This document shows, in pieces, positions 36,507-44,415 of a DNA stretch of 64,000 bases; position 1 is the stretch's first letter; each line of letters begins with the position of its first letter. Source of the stretch: Eubacteriales bacterium. GTDB taxonomy: Bacteria; Bacillota; Clostridia; Lachnospirales; JAKSVV01. A program made the translations under genes and the position numbers. Under the pieces are notes generated by a model, which saw nothing but the letters and a program-made list of their open reading frames with translations, was not told where the DNA came from and searched no databases. The stretch lies in contig JAVBPT010000003.1 in assembly GCA_031549455.1 (NCBI GenBank), positions 8,912-72,911 on the forward strand, given 5' to 3'.

Positions 36507-37178
36507 GTGCACGGAGGAATAGTGATCAAGGTTATTCGAATAGAAGGATTTTATGAAGAACGTTGGAAAAGGAAGTTTAATAAGAATCAATCCTTTGATC
36601 TGCTTGCCTTGGTGGATCAGGATGGATGGTTTGAGGCAATTGGAATGTATCAGGACAGAAAGTTGAATGAGGAAAGGTATGCGACGGGTAGTCTAGTACA
36701 AAGGCGAGGGATTATAATGACCCAATTTACAAAGGACGCATGCAGTCAAGATTTGAATTTTATTGGTTTTACAGATGAAACGAGTGAACATGGTTACACT
36801 GTTTCTGGCGGATGGCAAGAGCATGAAGGCATTTTCGATCTTGTGGAGAGAGGAAATGCAAAAATTATGATCACAGAGCTAGAGGCGAGAGAAGAGGAGA
36901 TGGAAAAGATAGCTCGTCGGATCGAAGCGTGGAAGCTTGGAACCAATCCAATTATGGAGGCTTCAATTCAAACGGCGAGGGAGAACAGACAGGAGATGAT
37001 CGGGGAGTTTGAGGTCTATTATAATGAGTATCCAGGCCTTACCTGGGATGAGGTGAGGGCTAGAATGCATGCAGAAAGAATTGAACAAGAAAAAGACGAA
37101 CCTGTGTTCGGACCGTATGCCTACCCGATGGGTGGGAAACCGTCAGCCTGGTTTGAGATATGGGATGAAGAGCTATAA
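36507..37178 (+). CDS. Hypothetical acidic, Trp-rich cytoplasmic protein with no family I recognise
   Basis: 223-aa ORF (or GTG 36522 after GGAGGA) with its own terminator. No TM helix or signal peptide. Confidence 0.55.
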   Translation: MHGGIVIKVIRIEGFYEERWKRKFNKNQSFDLLALVDQDGWFEAIGMYQDRKLNEERYATGSLVQRRGIIMTQFTKDACSQDLNFIGFTDETSEHGYTVSGGWQEHEGIFDLVERGNAKIMITELEAREEEMEKIARRIEAWKLGTNPIMEASIQTARENRQEMIGEFEVYYNEYPGLTWDEVRARMHAERIEQEKDEPVFGPYAYPMGGKPSAWFEIWDEEL

Positions 37179-37196
37179 TGATAGCTTTTTATTTTT
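37171..37196 (+). terminator. Intrinsic terminator
   Basis: AGCTAT-AATG-ATAGCT followed by TTTTTATTTTT. The stem includes the stop codon. Confidence 0.7.
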
Positions 37197-37338
37197 GAAA
37201 AAATAAAGAAATATAAAAAAAGTAAAAAAGCTATGTACTTTTAAAAAAAGATTGGTATGATAATAAATAATTGTAGATAAATGATGTAAAAACGTAAAAA
37301 TTGTATAAAATATATATAAAAAAAGGTTGGAGGGGAAA

Positions 37339-39381
37339 GTGAAAATCGGTCAATTTGCTCTAGGGATAGTGGTTATATTTTCGGTACTATTATTTTTAAT
37401 ACCACTGAATCCAATTGTCATGGACTTTTTACTTGCGGTCAATATCACCATTTCAATTATCCTTTTGCTAAATGCACTTTATGTGAAGGAAGCGATTGAT
37501 ATGGCAGTATTCCCTTCCCTCTTATTGATAACCACAATATTCCGCCTTTCGTTAAATCTATCATCGACCAGACTTATTTTAACAACAGGGGCGGCTGGAA
37601 AAATTATTGAAACATTCGGTTCTTTTGTTGCAGGAGGAAACGAGATCGTAGGAATTATCTTATTTGTGATTATTGTAATCATTAACTTCCTAGTTATCAC
37701 CAAGGGCGCAGAAAGAGTGGCAGAAGTGACAGCACGTTTCACTTTGGATGCAATGCCTGGAAAACAGATGGCAATCGACGCGGATTTAAATACAGGCTCT
37801 ATTACGGAGGCGCAAGCCAGGGAAAGACGGGATAAAATACAACAAGAATCAGCCTTTTACGGGGCCATGGATGGAGCCAGTAAGTTCATCAAAAATGATG
37901 CGATAGCAGGAATTATTATTACTTTTATTAATATTATAGCAGGAATTATTATCGGAGCGACCCAACTGGGTTACACCATTACAGAATCCTTATCCAGGTT
38001 CACCATTCTTACCATTGGAGACGGGTTGGTGAGCCAGATTCCAGCGCTTCTTATCTCAGTGGCAACAGGGATGTTAATTACAAAAGCGGCAAAAGAAAGT
38101 GATCTTGGAGAGGAAATTATTAAGCAGCTCTTCTCGCTTCCTAAAGTACTCCTCCTCGCAGGATCCGTTATTGTTATTTTGGGTTTGACAACGCCGCTTC
38201 CATTTTATGCAATGGTTCCTACGGGCGCTGTCTGCATTATTTCAGCTCTAGCAATAGAAAAGAATTTGAAAGTGAGAGAGGTTGAAAGCGAAGTAACCGC
38301 AGAAGATACGGAGATTGAAGAAATTAGAAAACCAGAAAATGTTCTGGGTATAATGGGTATAGACCCGATTGAGCTTGAGTTTGGATATGGCATCATTCCT
38401 TTTGCAGATGTGTCCCAGGGTGGAGATATGCTTGACCGGGTGGTTATCATTCGAAAGCAAGTGGCACTTGAGCTTGGGACGATTGTTCCAATCATACGGT
38501 TGAGAGATAACATTCAACTCAATCCAAATCAATATGTAATCAAAATCAAAGGGGTTGAGATTGCAAATGGCGAGATCATGTTTGACCATTATATGGCAAT
38601 GAATCCAGGTTATGTTGAAGAAGAAATACCAGGGATTGACACAATCGAACCGGCTTTTGGAATGAATGCGCTCTGGATTACGGAAAAAGAGAGAGAACAT
38701 GCAGAGGGCTTAGGGTATATTGTGACAGATCCGTCCACAATTATTATTACACATCTAACAGAAGTGGTAAAGGCACATTTGCATGAAATCCTTACACGTC
38801 AAGATGTACAAGCTTTAATTGATAAGGTAAAGGAAACAAATGAGGTATTAATTGGAGAGCTCACACCAAAACTGATGTCCATTGGGGAGATACAAAAAGT
38901 GCTTGCCAATTTATTAAAAGAAAAGGTATCTATCCGGGACCTTGTTACGATTTTTGAAACGCTTGCAGATCACGCTCAGGTTACAAAGGACTCAGAACTA
39001 TTAACGGAATATGTGAGGCAAGGTCTGGCCAGGGCAATATCGAAACAACACTTTAGTAATAAAGACACCAATAAGGTGATTACACTTGATCCTACGATTG
39101 AACAAAGTATAATGGATTCAATCCAAAAAACAGAACAGGGTTCTTATGTTACGCTTGAACCAAGTTATGTGAACAAGATGGTGAATAAAATAAAAGAAAT
39201 GATAGAGGATGCTTTCATTGGTGGAGAAGCACCGATCATACTGACTTCGCCAATTGTCAGGATCTATTTCAAAAAAATTATAGAACAGATGCTGCCAAAT
39301 GTGAAGGTTTTATCTTATAATGAAGTGGATACAAACGTTGAAATACAAGCGATAGGAATGGTGAGTTTAAATGAAGGTTAA
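37339..39381 (+). CDS. flhA: Flagellar type III export gate protein FlhA
   Basis: About 680 aa with a GTG start after GGAGGGG. FPSLLLITTIFRLSLNLSSTRLIL and the FHIPEP region are present, and the C-terminal cytoplasmic domain is intact. Confidence 0.95.
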   Translation: MKIGQFALGIVVIFSVLLFLIPLNPIVMDFLLAVNITISIILLLNALYVKEAIDMAVFPSLLLITTIFRLSLNLSSTRLILTTGAAGKIIETFGSFVAGGNEIVGIILFVIIVIINFLVITKGAERVAEVTARFTLDAMPGKQMAIDADLNTGSITEAQARERRDKIQQESAFYGAMDGASKFIKNDAIAGIIITFINIIAGIIIGATQLGYTITESLSRFTILTIGDGLVSQIPALLISVATGMLITKAAKESDLGEEIIKQLFSLPKVLLLAGSVIVILGLTTPLPFYAMVPTGAVCIISALAIEKNLKVREVESEVTAEDTEIEEIRKPENVLGIMGIDPIELEFGYGIIPFADVSQGGDMLDRVVIIRKQVALELGTIVPIIRLRDNIQLNPNQYVIKIKGVEIANGEIMFDHYMAMNPGYVEEEIPGIDTIEPAFGMNALWITEKEREHAEGLGYIVTDPSTIIITHLTEVVKAHLHEILTRQDVQALIDKVKETNEVLIGELTPKLMSIGEIQKVLANLLKEKVSIRDLVTIFETLADHAQVTKDSELLTEYVRQGLARAISKQHFSNKDTNKVITLDPTIEQSIMDSIQKTEQGSYVTLEPSYVNKMVNKIKEMIEDAFIGGEAPIILTSPIVRIYFKKIIEQMLPNVKVLSYNEVDTNVEIQAIGMVSLNEG

Positions 39382-40585
39382 AAGGTACGAAGGCAAATCA
39401 GAGAAGGAAGTAATGGAGAAAATCAAGCTGGATATGGGTCCAGAAGCTCTTATTTTAAACATAAGAAGGGTTGAACCAAAGGGATTCTTTAGCTTTTTTA
39501 AATCGCCAATTGTGGAGATAACAGCCACAAATGACAAATTGTTTACGAAAGTGGGCCTAAATAGTAATGCGATCGAAAAGGTGGAAGAGGAAAAGAAAAC
39601 GGTCATCAGTAAAGAAGGAATGAATGCTTATAGCAATAAACCAATAGAGCAGGAATCGAAGCCTACAGTTAAGCATGAGGCAATGAAAAATATTGAAGAC
39701 AAAATTGATAATTTGGAAGCCATTTTGAAATCTGTAACGGAAAAACTGCAGTCAGATGTAGGCACAACCCAGACAGTTGAAAAAAAATATAGCAGTAATA
39801 TTGTTAAACTTTTTTATGACAATATGATTCGAAATGAGGTTTTGCCAGAGGTGGCGGACAAAATTTTGGATGGACTTGAGAAGGAAAGTGAAAAAAGCAA
39901 TGTGAATGAACTTGTCCGAGTTGTATATAACAGAATTATAGATCTTCTTGGGAAACCAGAGGAAATTAAAATTGAAAAAAATGCAGGGGAACCCAAAGTG
40001 GTTGTATTCGTTGGGCCGACCGGTGTCGGAAAAACGACCACAATTGCTAAAGTGATAGCAACTTTTATATTGAATAACAAGAAAAACGTTGGACTTCTTA
40101 CTGCCGATACATACAGAATTGCAGCTGTTGAACAACTAAAAACATATGCAGAAATATTGGGATCTGCAATTGAAGTTGTTTATTCGCCAGAAGAGTTGGA
40201 AGAAAAGATTCAGAAACAAAAAGAGAAAGATATTTTGTTCTTAGACACGGCAGGGAGATCACATAAAAATAAGGAACAATTCGAAGAACTTACAAAATTA
40301 CTTGACTGCATTAGTAAAAAAGAGGTATACTTAGTATTAAGTCTTCCAACCAAATATAGGGATCTTGTGGATATCATCCAGAAGTATTCTGAAATATTGG
40401 AGGAGTATAAAATTATCTTTACTAAGATGGATGAGACAATGGGTGTTGGGAATATATTAAATATAAAAATGCTTACAGGCAAATCGTTTTCTTACATAAC
40501 ATTTGGGCAAGATGTACCAGATGATATTGAGGTTATGAATCCGGAAAAGATTGCCAAGTTTTTATTAGGGAGTTCGGAAAAATGA
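39371..40585 (+). CDS. flhF: Flagellar SRP-type GTPase FlhF
   Basis: 404 aa with VVFVGPTGVGKTTTIAK, DTAGR and TKMDE motifs. Overlaps the flhA stop. Confidence 0.92.
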   Translation: MKVKRYEGKSEKEVMEKIKLDMGPEALILNIRRVEPKGFFSFFKSPIVEITATNDKLFTKVGLNSNAIEKVEEEKKTVISKEGMNAYSNKPIEQESKPTVKHEAMKNIEDKIDNLEAILKSVTEKLQSDVGTTQTVEKKYSSNIVKLFYDNMIRNEVLPEVADKILDGLEKESEKSNVNELVRVVYNRIIDLLGKPEEIKIEKNAGEPKVVVFVGPTGVGKTTTIAKVIATFILNNKKNVGLLTADTYRIAAVEQLKTYAEILGSAIEVVYSPEELEEKIQKQKEKDILFLDTAGRSHKNKEQFEELTKLLDCISKKEVYLVLSLPTKYRDLVDIIQKYSEILEEYKIIFTKMDETMGVGNILNIKMLTGKSFSYITFGQDVPDDIEVMNPEKIAKFLLGSSEK

Positions 40586-41520
40586 AGGATCAAGCCGAGA
40601 AGTTAAGAGAGATCTTAAAAGAGAATGAAACCACGGATGTAACAAAAAGCAATGCGGATATTATTACGATTACAAGTGGGAAAGGTGGCGTTGGAAAGAC
40701 AAACGTTGCCGTCAATCTTGCTCTTAACCTGATCAAAAAAGGGAAGAAGGTTCTGGTAATCGATGCAGACCTTGGTCTTGCGAACGTAGAAATCTTAATG
40801 GGAACCATTCCGAAATATAACTTTCTTGCGCTTATGAACGATGGAAGAGAAATTGCAGAGATTATTTCAGATGGGCCAGAGGGATTAAAGTTTATATCCG
40901 GAGGGTCTGGGATATGAGAACTGGCCAATCTAAGTGACGAAAAGTTTAGGATATTTGCGAAAGAATTGATCAAGCTGGATCAGATGTTTGATATAATTAT
41001 TATTGATACCGGAGCCGGGATCTCAGATTCTGTTATGGCTTTTTTACAAGTGGCCACAAAAGTGTTGCTTGTCACAACGGGGGATCCAACCTCTATTACA
41101 GATGCCTATGCTCTTCTAAAAGTGTTTAAGAATGCAATGGGTGAGAATAAACCGGACATTAAAGTGATTGTAAATATGGTGACTTCAAGAGAAAAGGCAG
41201 AAGGAACCTTTTTGAAATTAAATCAGGTTTGTGAAAAATTTTTAAATATGAATATAGAGGTAATTGAATATTTGCCGAATGACGTTTCGTTGGGAAAAGC
41301 GGTAATGATGCAAAAGCCAGTTAGTATTTTGTTTCCTAAATCAGATATTGGTCTTGCGTTTTCAAGGCTTGCCAATAAGGTGGATGAGGAAATTGCTTAT
41401 AGTAAAATTGAAAAGCTGGAGGATTTAAAAAATTCTATTGAGGAGAAAATGCAACGGGATTCAAAAAGAGGTCTCTTTTCTTTGATTCATCATATGCTAA
41501 GAAAAAAGGAGGATCTATGA
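40582..41520 (+). pseudogene. flhG: FlhG/YlxH MinD-type ATPase interrupted by an in-frame TGA at 40915-40917
   Basis: ORFs 40582..40917 and 40966..41520 share one frame, and translation is continuous: ...KFISGGSGI*ELANLSDEKFRIFAKELIKLDQMFDIIIIDTGAG.... The deviant Walker A (SGKGGVGKT) is in part 1 and the Walker B in part 2. The restored length of about 312 aa is typical. Confidence 0.85.
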
Positions 41521-42431
41521 ATGCACACGTAAGATCGGCAGTAGCAACAAGAATAACACTGGTTGGTTTGTTCGTGAATGTCTTGCTCACAATATCCAAG
41601 ATCATTGTGGGGGTATGTGCAAACAGTCTGGCCTTGATTGCGGATGGAATCCATTCCTTAACAGATATGGTTTCGGATATTTTTATTCTGATTTCCTTCC
41701 AATTTTCTAAAAAGCCGGCAGACAAAGATCACAACTATGGTCACGCAAAAGCGGATGTTGTTGCAGAGGTGCTTCTAAGTATGGTTCTTTTTTTTGTCGC
41801 ATTTAACATGATTAAGCAAGGAATTACCTCCCTTTGGAATTACAAAGAATTAAAACTTACTTCACCAAGTATGATTGCACTGGCCATGGCGGCAATTTCG
41901 ACTGTGGTGAAAGAAGGATTATATCAATACACGATGCATTATGCCAAAATTTTAAAGCTGAGAGTTTTGGAAGCGAATGCCTTTCATCATAGAACAGACT
42001 CCTTTTCTTCGGTTGCTGTTTTAATCGGACTAACAATTGCCAAAATTTTTGGGGGGATGTGGGGACTGCTAGATCCAGCGCTTGCTATTGTGATCGCCTT
42101 CTACATTATGAAGATTGGTTTCGATATATTTAAAAAAGCAACCTATGATTTGACAGATGGGTCAGTGAGCGAAGGCGATTTTAATGAGATTTTAAAAATT
42201 CTTTCGGAGATAGAAGAAATCAAAGATCCGCATAATGTTCGCACCAGAAGGATTGGGTCCAATATGGCAGTTGAGATGCATGTTCGGGTAAATCCCAAAC
42301 TGTCCGTGAAAGAGGCTCATGATATTACACGGACAATTGAAAACAAAATAAGGTATCGTTTTGGCAAGGAAACATTCATTTCGGTTCATGTGGAACCTTT
42401 TAAAGTAACAGTGGAAGAATGGAATATTTAA
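41517..42431 (+). CDS. Cation diffusion facilitator (CDF) family metal efflux transporter
   Basis: 304 aa with six TM helices, metal-site motifs (HSLTDMVSD, HHRTDSFSS) and a C-terminal cytoplasmic domain. The start overlaps the flhG stop (ATGA). Confidence 0.88.
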   Translation: MNAHVRSAVATRITLVGLFVNVLLTISKIIVGVCANSLALIADGIHSLTDMVSDIFILISFQFSKKPADKDHNYGHAKADVVAEVLLSMVLFFVAFNMIKQGITSLWNYKELKLTSPSMIALAMAAISTVVKEGLYQYTMHYAKILKLRVLEANAFHHRTDSFSSVAVLIGLTIAKIFGGMWGLLDPALAIVIAFYIMKIGFDIFKKATYDLTDGSVSEGDFNEILKILSEIEEIKDPHNVRTRRIGSNMAVEMHVRVNPKLSVKEAHDITRTIENKIRYRFGKETFISVHVEPFKVTVEEWNI

Positions 42432-42432
42432 T

Positions 42433-43284
42433 ATGAAGATCAATCAGTTTAACCTTCAAGATGTTCTGGATAGTGGTCAGACTTTTCGATATGAGCGATT
42501 AAAGGATGGCCGGTATCTAGTGTTATCAAAAGATCAGTATGGTCTATTTTCTGAACAGAAGGGTGAGTTCATCATGGAAACGGAAAATGAGGCCTATTTT
42601 AAACACTTTTTTGATTTGGAAAATGATTATACCACGATCTCAAAAGAGATCATAAAAAAGCACGAGAAGATGAAAGAAATTTTGAAATATACAAATGGAA
42701 TTAGGTTGTTAAAACAGGATACTTGGGAGATGATCCTATCATTCATCCTTTCTTCCAACAACAATATACCAAGAATAAAGGGGCTGGTTAAAAATATTTG
42801 CGAAAAATACGGTCAGAAAATTGTGAGCGTTGATCAGAAAGACTATTTTTCTTTTCCGACACCGGAAGAAATGAAGAAGGCTACTTTAAGTGAGCTGAGA
42901 TCGCTTGGGGTTGGCTTTAGAGATCAGTACATAATTGATGCGCGCGATAAAATACGATCCCAAGAAATCTCTATTGAAGACTTGAGGGATATGGGTACGC
43001 AGGATGCACGTCTAGAACTGATGAAGATAAAAGGGGTTGGGAAAAAAGTGGCAGATTGTGTTTTGCTTTTTGGCTTAAATAAGACAGATGTATTCCCGGT
43101 CGATGTCTGGATTGAGAGAATTATGAGGGATTGGTTTGTTCCGGAAGATTTGAAAAAAAATGAGATTGAAACATATGCATTCAAAATGTTTGGGGAACAG
43201 ATGGGTTACGCACAACAGTATATTTTCTACTACTGTATTACCAAATATAGAGAAGATTTAAAAAATAGAAGCTCACAATTGTGA
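42433..43284 (+). CDS. ogg: 8-oxoguanine DNA glycosylase / HhH-GPD family (Ogg-type)
   Basis: 283 aa with the HhH-GPD motif IKGVGKKVADCVLLFGL...FPVDVW (catalytic Lys and Asp). Starts 1 nt after the CDF stop. Confidence 0.85.
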   Translation: MKINQFNLQDVLDSGQTFRYERLKDGRYLVLSKDQYGLFSEQKGEFIMETENEAYFKHFFDLENDYTTISKEIIKKHEKMKEILKYTNGIRLLKQDTWEMILSFILSSNNNIPRIKGLVKNICEKYGQKIVSVDQKDYFSFPTPEEMKKATLSELRSLGVGFRDQYIIDARDKIRSQEISIEDLRDMGTQDARLELMKIKGVGKKVADCVLLFGLNKTDVFPVDVWIERIMRDWFVPEDLKKNEIETYAFKMFGEQMGYAQQYIFYYCITKYREDLKNRSSQL

Positions 43285-43290
43285 GCTTCT
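43267..43290. terminator. Hairpin between convergent ogg and the LysM gene
   Basis: AGAAGCTCAC-AATT-GTGAGCTTCT, a 10-bp perfect stem that includes the ogg stop codon. Confidence 0.65.
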
Positions 43291-43292
43291 AA

Positions 43293-44270
43293 CTATTCAT
43301 TGCTTTGTATAAAGTTTTCTGGAAATTGTTGCATAATACCATCTGCAAAGTAATCTGCCATATCCATGGCTTCTTCTTCTCCGGCATCAAAGGCGTCTAT
43401 ATCAGCTGGATAGTTTGCGGCAATACGATTTTGGATCTGTTCTCTAAGCAAATCAAGATGATTGTAGAGCATATTTCTAAGCACTTCTTTATCGTAATAA
43501 GGATTAATGGAGCTCAATGTTTCAGCAATATTATCAGCATTTGCATACCATTCTTGATTTAGGTTTTCAGCATCTTGCATTCTTCTATCGCGGAGAGCAG
43601 TCATAAGGTCTCCACCTATCCTTAGGTGTTCTCTAAATAATTGTTCCACATTTTTTGCAATATTTTCAGGATAAAACCTTGCAAAGATTTTAGCCATATC
43701 CTGAGGGTTTCTCAACAAACGATTCGAAACTGCGGTTTGATCTCTTAGTCTTTCAATAATACTGATCATAAGCATACGTGTCCAGTTAACATGCTGTGCC
43801 CATACGGCGCGCATGTCTTCATCTAGTTCCATTTGTGGATCAATCTCAGAAACCATGGTATTGCCATTTGGCATCATTGGAGCGGTGCCAGTTGGACGTG
43901 CCATGTTGTTCGGCATAGTTGGATTCATTCCTGTGGGCCTAGCCATGTTGTTTGGCATGGTTGGGTTCATTCCTGTGGGTCTAGCCATATTGTTCGGTAT
44001 GGTTGGAGCAGGACCCAAACGATTCATGCTAGTTCCAGGTGCCATAGGAGTTTGATTCATATTTGGTTCAGCCGGGTAAAAATCATCCTGTATAATAGGG
44101 GAATTGGTGCCCGGGCAGATTGTAAGGGTTGAACCGACCTGTAGATTATAAGGATTTAAATTTGGGTTCAACGCTGTAATCATTTGTATTGTGGTTTGAT
44201 AATATCTTGCGAGTTGGTATAAACTATCCCTTGGTTTAATTACGTGTAAAATAGGATTAGAACAATTCAT
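43293..44270 (-). CDS. LysM-domain protein with a Pro/Met-rich tandem repeat and a conserved helical C-terminal domain (possible spore-coat protein, SafA-like architecture)
   Basis: The listed ORF 43293..44624 is over-extended. ATG 44270 follows GAGGAG. The N-terminal LysM domain (HVIKPRDSLYQLARYYQTTIQMITALNPNLNPYNLQVGSTLTI) is followed by 3x PNNMARPTGMNPTM and a helical domain of about 190 aa. Confidence 0.8.
   Translation of the reverse strand: MNCSNPILHVIKPRDSLYQLARYYQTTIQMITALNPNLNPYNLQVGSTLTICPGTNSPIIQDDFYPAEPNMNQTPMAPGTSMNRLGPAPTIPNNMARPTGMNPTMPNNMARPTGMNPTMPNNMARPTGTAPMMPNGNTMVSEIDPQMELDEDMRAVWAQHVNWTRMLMISIIERLRDQTAVSNRLLRNPQDMAKIFARFYPENIAKNVEQLFREHLRIGGDLMTALRDRRMQDAENLNQEWYANADNIAETLSSINPYYDKEVLRNMLYNHLDLLREQIQNRIAANYPADIDAFDAGEEEAMDMADYFADGIMQQFPENFIQSNE
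43879..44004 (-). repeat. Three tandem 42-bp in-frame coding repeats (14-aa unit PNNMARPTGMNPTM)
   Basis: Units at 43879-43920 (first half diverged), 43921-43962 and 43963-44004. The last two differ at about 5 positions. Confidence 0.9.
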
Positions 44271-44302
44271 AAAAAAATTTCTCCTCAAAATCGATATATT
44301 TC

Positions 44303-44329
44303 TATCATATGATTTACATTCTATAGCGT
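44303..44329 (-). promoter_or_regulatory. Possible sigma-K type (late mother-cell) promoter of the LysM gene
   Basis: On the minus strand: AC-N16-CATATGATA compared with the recalled consensus AC-(16-17)-CATAnnnTA. It ends about 30 nt upstream of the ATG. Confidence 0.4.
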
Positions 44330-44415
44330 TACAGTGGGAGGCTTGGAAAGATAATGGGAATAGACATTTTGAACGATATGGTATATAATATATTACAAAG
44401 GCGTAGAAGGAAAAT

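Noticed and set aside
40915-40917. TGA in flhG (and TAG at 19544-19546) as evidence for an alternative genetic code, selenocysteine or pyrrolysine
   Set aside because: TGA and TAG terminate many well-conserved genes in the same window at their expected C-termini (ylxR, infB, ogg, spoIVA, the response regulator, GNAT). FlhG and S51 peptidases are not known Sec or Pyl proteins, and no SECIS-like hairpin is evident just downstream.
43879-44004. 42-bp tandem repeats as a possible CRISPR-like or regulatory repeat array
   Set aside because: The units are directly adjacent with no spacers, lie in frame inside a long ORF, and encode a repeated 14-aa peptide. This is a coding tandem repeat.
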